64,000 bases of DNA from an uncultured beta proteobacterium (lineage in GTDB: Bacteria; Pseudomonadota; Gammaproteobacteria; Burkholderiales; Eutrophovitaceae). A program made the position numbers and the translations under genes. Positions 40,113 to 48,937 of the stretch are shown piece after piece. Below the pieces are notes generated by a model. The model saw nothing but the letters and a program-made list of their open reading frames with translations, ran no database searches and was not told where the DNA came from. The stretch's first letter is position 1. Each line of letters opens with the position of its first letter. The stretch lies in assembly GCA_963792855.1 (NCBI GenBank), contig CAWBXZ010000017.1, positions 5,074 to 69,073 of the forward strand, in the 5' to 3' direction.

Positions 40113-41228
40113 TTGTTGGTCCTCGGGTCGGTTGTTCTGACCCTTGCGCTGGTCGAGCTGGGTTCCTGGATCTGGGTGAAGCACTTGCGTCCGCAGCATC
40201 TCACCCAATGGGAATTCCGGGCGACGCAACCGCCGCCCTATCAGGGCGCGGATTATTTCGGGACAGCGTTTCTCGCCGAAGCCGAAGCCTCCGTTTCGGG
40301 CAGTATTTCAACGATTGCGGAACTGCGCGATTTCAGAGGGCGCTATTTCAATGTCGTGAACGGGTTCCGGGTAACGACGGATGCGCCATCAGACCCGGAG
40401 CGGAGAGTGCTGATGTTCGGCGGCTCGACGCTGTTCGGCCAGGAAGTGCCCGATCGCCATACCATAGCGAGTTATCTGCAACGCATGCTCAACGGCGCGG
40501 GTGTGCGCTGGGAAGTGCGCAATTTCGGACTGCCTGGAATGAATGCCGCACAGCAGACGCTGATACTCAAGCGGGTGGCTCTGAGACCCGGTGACATCGT
40601 TGTCTACTATCACGGCGTCAACGATGTCTACTATCTGGTGTTCGGCGGTCACCCGCAGGGGTGGCAGCGGGGTGTGCCGGCTTTTCGTCCGGTGCAGAAG
40701 CTGAGCGCGGTACACAAGTGGATGCACGCCTGGCACAAAAAACTGAAGGACTACAGCTACACGGCGCAGGTGGCACTGGACATATACCAGCGCGGCGTTC
40801 CGGACACGGTGACCGATGCCGCCCGGATGAGGCAAGTGCTGGTGCATACCGAAGAGAGTTTCCGAACGACAGTCCTGGAAGCCGCGGCGATAGCCTCTGC
40901 ATCGCAGGCATCGTTCGTTCACTTCCTGCAGCCTACGGCTTTTTCCGCAGCCAGGCTCTCGCCTTATGAGCGGGAGACGCTTGAAAATCCGCTGGTGACG
41001 GCACCCGGATTGGATATCGCGTTTCGCGAGGGCTATCCGCGCCTGCGTCGTGTCGCGGAGGACCTCGAAGCGGAAGGCGTGGCGTTCTACGATATTTCGG
41101 ATGCCCTCGATGGCAGACAGCCCGGTAACGAAGTTTTGCTGGATTTCTGCCACCTCAACCACGAAGGCAACCGCATCATCGCCCAACGCATGATGGACGT
41201 TTATTTCCGGACATTGCTCGAGCGTTAG
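40113..41228 (+). CDS. SGNH/GDSL-type hydrolase or acyltransferase with an N-terminal TM anchor
   Basis: C-terminal LLDFCHLNHEGN (block V DxxH-like). GGSTLFG near block I. The first canonical start is the TTG at 40113. A GGGAG SD-like sequence sits 6 nt before an in-frame CTG at 40077, so the start is uncertain. Confidence 0.55.
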   Translation: MLVLGSVVLTLALVELGSWIWVKHLRPQHLTQWEFRATQPPPYQGADYFGTAFLAEAEASVSGSISTIAELRDFRGRYFNVVNGFRVTTDAPSDPERRVLMFGGSTLFGQEVPDRHTIASYLQRMLNGAGVRWEVRNFGLPGMNAAQQTLILKRVALRPGDIVVYYHGVNDVYYLVFGGHPQGWQRGVPAFRPVQKLSAVHKWMHAWHKKLKDYSYTAQVALDIYQRGVPDTVTDAARMRQVLVHTEESFRTTVLEAAAIASASQASFVHFLQPTAFSAARLSPYERETLENPLVTAPGLDIAFREGYPRLRRVAEDLEAEGVAFYDISDALDGRQPGNEVLLDFCHLNHEGNRIIAQRMMDVYFRTLLER

Positions 41229-41467
41229 CGGCCGCTTGCACATTCGTTGAAGGGTTTGCCGGCAGGAGGCGATGGCCCGCCGTATCGACAGACAACGATG
41301 CACCAGTTCGGGGCGTGGCTTCGGCCCGGCGCACCGTTATCTTTCTCGACGGTTGTGTCTCGGTCTTTTTTTATCCATATCGGTCAATTGCTTATCGACA
41401 CTTTGCGATTGGCATAGGGGTTGCGATAAACGTGTGATCAGAGACAGTTGAAGAAAGCCCGCGGGCC

Positions 41468-42499
41468 ATGAGTTTTTCCCGTTACATCAGAGCCATTGTT
41501 GATCCGCACAGCGACCCCGGGAATGCGGGTCCGGTGCGAACACAGGATATATACGCAGCCGTGTTCGACGGCGGGGTGCCTGACCTCGAACTCGGGGCGC
41601 TGGTGGTTGCGCTTCACACGCAAGCGCCTTCGGTCGCTGGTGTCGTCGGTGCTTATCGCGCGATGGCGGATCGGGTCCAGCACCTGCGCAGGCCGGACGC
41701 CGCGTGTCGCCCCTTGATCTTTGCGAGTCACAACGTGACGCGGGAGAGTCCCAACCTCCTGCCATGGCTGGCGCTGGTCCTGCGCCGTCTCGGTATTCCG
41801 GTTCTGGTTCACGGAAATCTTGGCGGCTCCGGCGGAGCGACCAGTGCATACGTTTTTCGGGAACTGGGCGTAATGCCCACTGCCACCGTGGCGCAAATTC
41901 AGTCTGCGCTGGATACGGAGGGTCTTGCTTTCGTGCCGGCTGGCGTGTTGTGCCCGGGATTGGCAAACCTGATTGCGCTGCAAAGCAGGTTGGGCTTGCA
42001 TGACTGGGTATACAAACTGACCGCGTTGCTCGACCCGTTCCGCGGTGAAGGCGTCCGTATCGTCGGTATCGCCGACCCTGTGTTGCGCGAAATCATCGAG
42101 CTGGTTTGCAGCGAAGAACGCCTCGACGCGCTGGTATTCGACGGCGCTGACGACGATGCATTCGTGACGCCTTGCCGCAGGCCCGAAATGTCCGTTCTTC
42201 AGCACGGCGTGCGCAGTGTGTTGTTTGAACCGGAGAGCAACAATCTGCAATGGCGCATCGATCTGCCCGAGCCTCTCGATGTCGCTGCCACGGCATCATG
42301 GACCCGGCGGGCGCTCGCCGGTGAAGTGCCGCTTCCCCATCCGCTGGTAAACCAGCTGGCGTGTTGTCTCTATGTTTCCGGGTACGCGGCCGACATGAAT
42401 CAGGCAAAGGCAATTGCGGCAATGGAGTCCGGAGTCCTCCTTGCCGGGGACTCGAGAGCGCATGCGGCGCGCGTTGTTGCCACGCCGGATTCACAGTGA
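41468..42499 (+). CDS. Anthranilate phosphoribosyltransferase-like protein (TrpD2 / YbiB family)
   Basis: Glycosyl transferase family 3 fold pattern without trp neighbours; resembles YbiB-type paralogues. Confidence 0.55.
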   Translation: MSFSRYIRAIVDPHSDPGNAGPVRTQDIYAAVFDGGVPDLELGALVVALHTQAPSVAGVVGAYRAMADRVQHLRRPDAACRPLIFASHNVTRESPNLLPWLALVLRRLGIPVLVHGNLGGSGGATSAYVFRELGVMPTATVAQIQSALDTEGLAFVPAGVLCPGLANLIALQSRLGLHDWVYKLTALLDPFRGEGVRIVGIADPVLREIIELVCSEERLDALVFDGADDDAFVTPCRRPEMSVLQHGVRSVLFEPESNNLQWRIDLPEPLDVAATASWTRRALAGEVPLPHPLVNQLACCLYVSGYAADMNQAKAIAAMESGVLLAGDSRAHAARVVATPDSQ

Positions 42500-42620
42500 T
42501 GGGCAATCAACGTTACACTCGACGCAGGTACGGTTTCAGCAATTCTTCATTCAGCAATTGTCAATCGAGTGATGTCTTCAAGGTGCAGCCGGGTTTGAGG
42601 TTTCTGAAATTGGGCAAGAG

Positions 42621-43391
42621 GTGAACATGAACCCGGTCGGGCCCTTGCACGGGTCGGCGCAGGTTTCCGATGCGCTGACAATCGGTTTTGCGTCATCGGC
42701 TGTCGCCGACAAGGTTAACGAAGACTGCTTTGGTTTGGTCACCCCGAAGGAGATGCCGGAGGCGGCCGAGCGCGGCACGGTGGTGGCGCTGGCCGATGGC
42801 GGAAGCGCGGGCGGAACCGGGCGCGTTGCTTCCGAGCTGACCGTTCGTACGCTGTTGCAGGATTTCTACGCGACGTCGCCGGAATGGAGTGTGGAACGGG
42901 CCGTCGACACGGTTCTTTGCTCGGTCAATGACTGGTTGTATGTGCAAAACAGCCGTGACCCGGAGTTTGATGGCGTCGTCAGTACCTTGTCCATGCTGTT
43001 GTTCGGTGACGGCAGCTTTCACCTCGCGCATGTCGGGGACACCCGCGTTTATCGATGGCGCGCTGGCGTGCTGGAGTTGCTGACGGCAGATCACATCTGG
43101 CCCCGGCGTGACATGCGGCACGTACTTCGCAGGGCGGTCGGGCTTGACAGCCACCTGGTCATCGATTTCATGACCGGGAATACGCGTGCCGGTGATGTGT
43201 TCCTTATTGCCAGTGATGGCGTATGGGAGGTGCTCGGAAACGCTGTCATGGACGAACTGCTGGCCAGTGATCTGAGCGCCGAGATGATCGCGTGCGACCT
43301 GGTGGATCGATCGGTCAAGAGCCAGCAGCGCTATATGGGCCGCAATGACGCGACAGCGCTGGTGACGCGGATTGGCGGTCCGCGGGGCTGA
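42621..43391 (+). CDS. PP2C-family Ser/Thr protein phosphatase (stand-alone)
   Basis: NEDCF, ALADGGS, VGDTRVY and IASDGVWE motifs typical of PPM/PP2C. Confidence 0.75.
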   Translation: MNMNPVGPLHGSAQVSDALTIGFASSAVADKVNEDCFGLVTPKEMPEAAERGTVVALADGGSAGGTGRVASELTVRTLLQDFYATSPEWSVERAVDTVLCSVNDWLYVQNSRDPEFDGVVSTLSMLLFGDGSFHLAHVGDTRVYRWRAGVLELLTADHIWPRRDMRHVLRRAVGLDSHLVIDFMTGNTRAGDVFLIASDGVWEVLGNAVMDELLASDLSAEMIACDLVDRSVKSQQRYMGRNDATALVTRIGGPRG

Positions 43392-43528
43392 CCCGTTACG
43401 AAACGGCCTGCCCGTCCGTGCGCGGCCTGGGCAAAGCGGCTATTGCTAGCGGTATCCCGTCCTGTCTAGACTGACGCCGTCGTGGCAGTCGGACCCGCGT
43501 GGTTCAGCCACAGTACACGGAGAACAGC

Positions 43529-43627
43529 ATGCCAAATCCACTGGATTCACTCCTGGGGACGGTGATCCTGGGTGTTATCACCACGTTTGCGCTCTATCAC
43601 GTTGCAAAGTGGCTGATGGTCGGCTGA
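43529..43627 (+). CDS. Candidate 32-aa single-TM micro-protein (MPNPLDSLLGTVILGVITTFALYHVAKWLMVG)
   Basis: Not in the ORF track because it is under 60 aa. GGAGAA SD 6 nt upstream of the ATG. Its stop is 1 nt before the next gene's ATG. Confidence 0.35.
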   Translation: MPNPLDSLLGTVILGVITTFALYHVAKWLMVG

Positions 43628-43628
43628 C

Positions 43629-44117
43629 ATGGATTACGTACCTGCGATTTCCCGCTGGATTCATCTGCTGGCCGGCATCATGTGGCTTGGCTTGCTCTAT
43701 TACTTCAATTTTGTCCAGGTCGCCGCGCTCAAGGCGGCACAGGCCGACGGTTCTGCCGGAGCGATCATGAAGCACATCGCGCCCCGGGCGTTGTTCTATT
43801 TCCGCTGGTCCGCGGTGTTGACCTGGCTGGCGGGGGCAGCACTGTTGGGGGCGGATTTCGGCAACGCCTTCATGCTGCGACCGAGCCACGCCGCGATCGG
43901 TATCGGCGCCTGGCTCGGGACAGTGATGTTGATCAACGTCTGGTTCCTGATCTGGCCATGCCAGAAGAAACTTCTCGGAATCGTTGATGCCAGCGAAGAA
44001 GAGAAGGCCAAGGCGCGCCGTATTGCTTACATTGTGTCGCGCGTCAACACGGTGCTGTCGTTTCCCATGCTGTTTTTCATGGCAGCTGGTGCGCACGGAG
44101 CGATTTACTTCGGATAA
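43629..44117 (+). CDS. Conserved integral membrane protein (4 TM; resembles the membrane domain of PuuD-type urate hydroxylase)
   Basis: WIHLLAGIMWLGLLYYFNFVQ motif and four hydrophobic segments. Family assignment is from memory only. Confidence 0.4.
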   Translation: MDYVPAISRWIHLLAGIMWLGLLYYFNFVQVAALKAAQADGSAGAIMKHIAPRALFYFRWSAVLTWLAGAALLGADFGNAFMLRPSHAAIGIGAWLGTVMLINVWFLIWPCQKKLLGIVDASEEEKAKARRIAYIVSRVNTVLSFPMLFFMAAGAHGAIYFG

Positions 44118-44207
44118 CGCAGCAGCGGCGGCCGACTGACAAGAGGCTCCGCCCGTGGCAGGTTGATCCGCAGTGCCTCTCCCGTAGTCCCGGTTCGGCG
44201 GCAAAGT

Positions 44208-44726
44208 TCATTTGGGTTCCGGCAGGCGCTCCAGGCCAATAACCCGGTCGTCAGGCCCGATGCCACGCTTCGCGAACCAGCCCTGGTTCATTTCCAGCGC
44301 GTATTTCGCCGGCCCGGCGGATGAGTGCGATTGCTCACTCAGGGGCAGCATGTCTTCGATGTTGAGGATGCGGCCTTCGCCATCGATAAATGCGACGGAC
44401 AAGGCGATGGGCGTGTTCTTCATCCACATCGAAATTCGTTGCTCCCCGGGGAAAATAAAAACCATACCGGAGGACTCGGCGAGCCGTTTGCGGAACATCA
44501 GGCCCTTGCGTCTTGTTTCGGGAGTGTTGGCGAGTTCGGCGCGGATCGTGTGCTCGCCGATCCGGAGCGGGTAGGTCAGTAGCGGGTCGGCGCGTAGCGG
44601 TCCCGGCACAACGGCTGCCATCAGCAACGCCACAGCCGATGCCAGCAGGAGGGCATGCCTGATCAGGACATTGGCAGGGTAGAGGCTGTCGGATCGGAGC
44701 ATGTTGTACCGCTTGATGTAACTCAT
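44208..44726 (-). CDS. DUF192 domain protein (secreted)
   Basis: Signal peptide. RRKGLMFR...GMVFIF...MWMKNTPIALSVAF pattern typical of DUF192. Confidence 0.7.
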   Translation of the reverse strand: MSYIKRYNMLRSDSLYPANVLIRHALLLASAVALLMAAVVPGPLRADPLLTYPLRIGEHTIRAELANTPETRRKGLMFRKRLAESSGMVFIFPGEQRISMWMKNTPIALSVAFIDGEGRILNIEDMLPLSEQSHSSAGPAKYALEMNQGWFAKRGIGPDDRVIGLERLPEPK

Positions 44727-44862
44727 GATTGTGTCGGGTTCGGATTTGGAGGACGTCAGAACCGTTTGCTACAAATCGGACCGAAGCCCGGAAGCACGCG
44801 GCTATGCTGCGTTGCGCCATAAGATAACACGCGGTTCTTTAGCCGATTTCGGCTCCGTCATG

Positions 44863-44891
44863 TTGACATTGGTGGACGCTTGGACTAACTT
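44863..44891 (+). promoter_or_regulatory. Candidate sigma70 promoter for xoxF (TTGACA-N17-TAACTT)
   Basis: Read directly. About 155 nt upstream of the xoxF ATG, in a region of visibly lower GC. Confidence 0.35.
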
Positions 44892-45048
44892 CTGCCACGT
44901 CGTAAAGGATTACATTCCAGGCCGTTTCGGATTTCGTTTGCTGGACCTGCCGCGGGGTGCTTTACGCATCAAAGTAGTAAATCAAAAACCTTAAAGCGTG
45001 GCGTCGGGAAGCATTCGGCCCACGTATTTATTCGGGAGGTGTCTCTTC

Positions 45049-46803
45049 ATGGTGAAGCAATCATTGCACTTCAAACGCGTTGCGGTGTCCACTGCCGCTG
45101 TCGCGTTGCTGGGCGCTTCGGGAGTTGTCTCTGCGGTGGGTGTGGATCGGCTTGAGTCCCAGCTGTATCCAAACTACGTCACAGACGACATGCTCCTTAA
45201 CGCCGACAAGGACCAGCAAAACTGGCTCCATTACGGTAAAGATTATGAAATGACCCGCTACAGCGGCCTGTCCCAGATCAACCGGGACAACGTCAAGTCG
45301 CTGAAGCCGGCATGGAACCTTTCCTTCGGTATCCTCGAAGGCCAGGACAGTCAGGCCGTTGCCGTTAACGGCACGCTGTACGTTACCACTTCGTTCAACC
45401 GCGTCATCGCCGTCAACGGCACGACCGGTGACATCATCTGGAAGTACGAGCGCGAGTTGCCGGGCGACGTGTTCCCGAAACTGTGCTGCGACGTGGTTAA
45501 CCGTGGTGTCGCTGTCTACAAGAACAAGGTTTACCTCGCCACTCTTGACGCCCACGTAGTCGCTCTGGACAACCAGACCGGCGACGTCGTCTGGGACAAG
45601 AAGATCGGTGATTACACCTACGCTGAAACCTTCACCATCATGCCTCTGGCGGTCAACAACAAGATCGTCTTCGGTACCGCTGGTGCGGAATACGGCGTGC
45701 GTGGCTGGGTTGCGGCGATCGACGCCGACACCGGCGCACCGGCCTGGAAGACCTACAGCATCCCCGGCCCGGGCGAGCCTGGCAATGAAACCTGGGGTGG
45801 TGATTCCTGGAAGTACGGCGGTGGTTCAGCCTGGATTACCGGTTCCTACGACAAGGAAACCAACCTGCTGTACTGGCCGATCGGCAACCCCGGTCCTGAC
45901 TTCGACCGTCACGTCCGTCCCGGCGACAACCTGTTCAGCAACTCGATGCTGGCGCTTGATGCCGACAGCGGCAAGATCCAGAGCTACTTCCAGTACACGC
46001 CCAACGATCCGTACGATTACGACGGCGTGAACGAGAACGTTCTGGTGAACCTCGGCGGCAAGAAGCTCTACATCCACGGCGATCGCAATGGCCACCTCTA
46101 CGCCATTGACCGAGCCAACACCCGCAAGACCAAGTACGGCCGCGAGAACATCTGCGTATGGGTAACCCCCCTGCTGGTGGTCAACTGGGTGAAAGAGCCG
46201 ATCTCTCCGAAGAAAGACAACTGCCGTCCGGTCTTCAACTATCCGGAAATGGACGTTGTTTACGATCGCGTTACCACCAACATCGCGCCGTCTCTTGACG
46301 GTGGTAAAGAGTGGCACCCGCTGTCGGTCAGCCTCCGCACCAAGATGGCTTATGTCCCGGTGTATGACTTCACCATGGACCTCCAGGCCAAGAAAATGGA
46401 ATGGAAGCGTGGTGAGTGGTACCTCGGCGCCAAGGTCATTACCTTCAATGCTGGCGCAGGCCAGACGAAGGCTTATGACGCAGCAACCGGCGCGCTGGTC
46501 TGGGCACGTTCCCAGAGCTGGCCGGCGACCGGTGGTCTCCTGACCACGGGTGGCGGCCTGGCCTTCTACGGCGATCCGGACGGCATGTTCAATGCTGTTA
46601 ACGATGAAACCGGTGAGCACCTCTGGGGCTTCCAGGTTGGTTCCGGCGTTCACGGCAACCCGACGACCTACACGGCCGGCGGCAAGCAGTATGTCGCGAT
46701 CGTGTACGGTGCCGGCGGTGGCGGTATCTGGCCGCTGTACTACGCCAACTTCCTGAAGACCCACACCAAGGGTGGCGGTCTGATGGTGTTCACGGTCGAC
46801 TAA
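45049..46803 (+). CDS. xoxF: Lanthanide-type PQQ methanol dehydrogenase XoxF
   Basis: Signal peptide. Vicinal PKLCCD. DPYDYDG (Asp-x-Asp lanthanide signature). GDRNGHLYAIDR. Followed by xoxJ and xoxG homologues. Confidence 0.85.
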   Translation: MVKQSLHFKRVAVSTAAVALLGASGVVSAVGVDRLESQLYPNYVTDDMLLNADKDQQNWLHYGKDYEMTRYSGLSQINRDNVKSLKPAWNLSFGILEGQDSQAVAVNGTLYVTTSFNRVIAVNGTTGDIIWKYERELPGDVFPKLCCDVVNRGVAVYKNKVYLATLDAHVVALDNQTGDVVWDKKIGDYTYAETFTIMPLAVNNKIVFGTAGAEYGVRGWVAAIDADTGAPAWKTYSIPGPGEPGNETWGGDSWKYGGGSAWITGSYDKETNLLYWPIGNPGPDFDRHVRPGDNLFSNSMLALDADSGKIQSYFQYTPNDPYDYDGVNENVLVNLGGKKLYIHGDRNGHLYAIDRANTRKTKYGRENICVWVTPLLVVNWVKEPISPKKDNCRPVFNYPEMDVVYDRVTTNIAPSLDGGKEWHPLSVSLRTKMAYVPVYDFTMDLQAKKMEWKRGEWYLGAKVITFNAGAGQTKAYDAATGALVWARSQSWPATGGLLTTGGGLAFYGDPDGMFNAVNDETGEHLWGFQVGSGVHGNPTTYTAGGKQYVAIVYGAGGGGIWPLYYANFLKTHTKGGGLMVFTVD

Positions 46804-46853
46804 TAATCGATCGGAGCAGCACAAGCGAAGTACACGTAAGCTAGCAGTAATGA

Positions 46854-46887
46854 CAAGGGGGGACGTTGACGTCCTCCCTTGTTTTTT
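46854..46887 (+). terminator. Rho-independent terminator between xoxF and xoxJ
   Basis: 12-bp stem CAAGGGGGGACG / CGTCCTCCCTTG (one G-U), TTGA loop, then TTTTTT. Confidence 0.75.
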
Positions 46888-46989
46888 GTGTGCCGGATGG
46901 TGTGTCTGGTAGTTTCCGGTGGAACTTGGAGCGCATTTTCGGATCATTAGTCAGTACAGCCTGAAAATAACGCGCCAAAGGAGAAAGCA

Positions 46990-47832
46990 GTGAGTAAGCA
47001 GGTTTTCAAGACATGTATGGCCGTGGCAGTTGCCATGTTCGTGGGCGCAGCAGCCTATGCTCAGGACGAAAGTGAATCCCTCGATGTGCTGGAGCGGTCG
47101 AAGGCCAAAGGAAAGCTGGTCGCATGCGCGGACCCTTACGACTTTCCCTACGCGGCGCGTAATGCCAACCCTCCCGGATTTGACGTTGACATCCTTCGCG
47201 AGCTTGCCAAACTCGGCGGTATGGAGTTGGAAATGTACTGGGCCGACACGGGAACACGTGGCGGCATGTCACGCGCTCTGCGCAATTCGATGATGAAGGG
47301 CAAGTGCGATATTTTCGCAGGCGTAGCCGATAGCGGTGATGACGACATTCTGATGGGCCAGTTGATGTTCACGGATCCATATCTGGGCACCGGGTATATC
47401 CTGGTGGTGCAGAATGAGGCCAGCGGCATGAAAACCATTGATGAACTGAGCGCTGCAAAGATCCGGATTGGCGTGCAGATGTCGACACCCATTGATGCCA
47501 TGCTTCACGACAAGGGGATCGCCCGTGAGCTTTACCCCGACAATGCGAGGGTGATGCGCGGTATGGCAAATGGTGAAGTGAATGCGGCGATCGTGTGGTC
47601 GACCGTATTGACCAACGCGCAAAGAAAATACCCCGACGCGACATTCAAGATGGCCGAAGGTTACGTGCCCGTCGAAGGGCAGCAATGGGATCTGAAATAC
47701 CTGATACGCAAACGCGACAAGTCGATGTTGCAGTTTGTGAATGAAGGCGTGAAACAATTGCTGGATAATGGAAAAATTCAAGAGATCGTAGAAAGCTACG
47801 GCGTGCCGTTCTATCCGCCTTTCTCGTCATAG
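46990..47832 (+). CDS. xoxJ: Quinoprotein dehydrogenase-associated periplasmic binding protein (XoxJ/MxaJ, SBP family 3)
   Basis: Signal peptide. SBP_bac_3-like sequence. Position between xoxF and a cytochrome c. Confidence 0.7.
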   Translation: MSKQVFKTCMAVAVAMFVGAAAYAQDESESLDVLERSKAKGKLVACADPYDFPYAARNANPPGFDVDILRELAKLGGMELEMYWADTGTRGGMSRALRNSMMKGKCDIFAGVADSGDDDILMGQLMFTDPYLGTGYILVVQNEASGMKTIDELSAAKIRIGVQMSTPIDAMLHDKGIARELYPDNARVMRGMANGEVNAAIVWSTVLTNAQRKYPDATFKMAEGYVPVEGQQWDLKYLIRKRDKSMLQFVNEGVKQLLDNGKIQEIVESYGVPFYPPFSS

Positions 47833-47846
47833 AAACTATTTGGAGG

Positions 47847-48353
47847 TTGAGGACAATGTTGGTGAATTTGTTTAGACAGCTGTCTGTTCGCGGTCTTGCT
47901 TTTGCGGTGGCGGTCGTCTCGGTTGGCGCCGTGACGAGCATGCTGCTGGCGCAACCGGCAATGGCGCAGCACAAGATGAATGAAACCGACCTCGAAGTGC
48001 CCACGAATGACATGGATGTCGTGGAAAAGGGTCGAGGCAAGTATGCCCAGCGTTGCGCGTTTTGCCACGGTGGTGACGGGCATGGCGGCAAGGGCCCGTG
48101 CCTGAGTTGCGGAAAGTTCGCCTACATCGGCAACACCAATGCGGAAATCTACGCGACGATCGCTGGCGGGCTTCCCAACCGTTCGCTCGGTGGAACCATG
48201 GGGGCTTTCGGCACGACGATGACAGCAGAAGAAATTCTCAGCGTCTTGACCTTCCTGCGGTGGGAGGAGCATCGACGGATCGCTGCCGGAGAAATTCCGG
48301 ATCCTGCGAAGGACAAGTCGAATGAGCAGGTAGTGTTTCCAAACGTAAACTGA
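47847..48353 (+). CDS. xoxG: Cytochrome c (XoxG-like, cytochrome cL-type partner)
   Basis: Signal peptide. CAFCHGG heme motif. GGTMGAF Met-ligand region. Confidence 0.7.
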   Translation: MRTMLVNLFRQLSVRGLAFAVAVVSVGAVTSMLLAQPAMAQHKMNETDLEVPTNDMDVVEKGRGKYAQRCAFCHGGDGHGGKGPCLSCGKFAYIGNTNAEIYATIAGGLPNRSLGGTMGAFGTTMTAEEILSVLTFLRWEEHRRIAAGEIPDPAKDKSNEQVVFPNVN

Positions 48354-48397
48354 TTTTTCCGCACTTTGCTGGCCGGATTGTAATGGCCACAACGAAC

Positions 48398-48422
48398 AAA
48401 GCCGGCAAATGCCGGCTTTTTT
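48398..48422. terminator. Bidirectional rho-independent terminator between the convergent xoxG and dut genes
   Basis: AAAGCCGGC-AAAT-GCCGGCTTTTTT, with an A-tract on one side and a T-tract on the other. Confidence 0.75.
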
Positions 48423-48449
48423 GTTACCTGGATTGAAACACGATCGTGG

Positions 48450-48899
48450 TTAATGTTTTCCGGTGCTGCCGAATCCGCCTGTGCCACGGTCGCTTTGTGC
48501 AAAGTCGTCAACGACGTTGAAAGACACCTGTACCACCGGAACAATGATCAGTTGCGCGATGCGCTCGAGTGGCTTGAGGTCGAATTCCTGGTTGCCGCGA
48601 TTCCAGATGGAGACAAAAAGCTGTCCCTGGTAATCGGAATCGATCAGTCCCACCAGATTGCCAAGCACGATACCGTGTTTATGACCAAGTCCCGAGCGGG
48701 GCAGGATCATGGCCGCCAGACCGGGATCGCCGATGTGGATCGCGAGCCCGGTCGGAACCAGTGTCGTCTCTCCGGGCTGAACCGAAGTGGCAGTGTCGAT
48801 GCAGGCTCGTAAATCAAGGCCGGCCGAGCCGGGCGTTGCATACTCGGGCATGTTGGTTGTCAGGCGCGAATCGAGGATCCGCACATCGATCTGTGTCAT
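48450..48899 (-). CDS. dut: dUTP diphosphatase
   Basis: 149 aa with typical Dut motifs ([34 protein letters not shown]-like). Confidence 0.95.
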   Translation of the reverse strand: MTQIDVRILDSRLTTNMPEYATPGSAGLDLRACIDTATSVQPGETTLVPTGLAIHIGDPGLAAMILPRSGLGHKHGIVLGNLVGLIDSDYQGQLFVSIWNRGNQEFDLKPLERIAQLIIVPVVQVSFNVVDDFAQSDRGTGGFGSTGKH

Positions 48900-48937
48900 G
48901 TTGTCAGGCTTTCGATACTGATTAGTGTCTGATCTGA

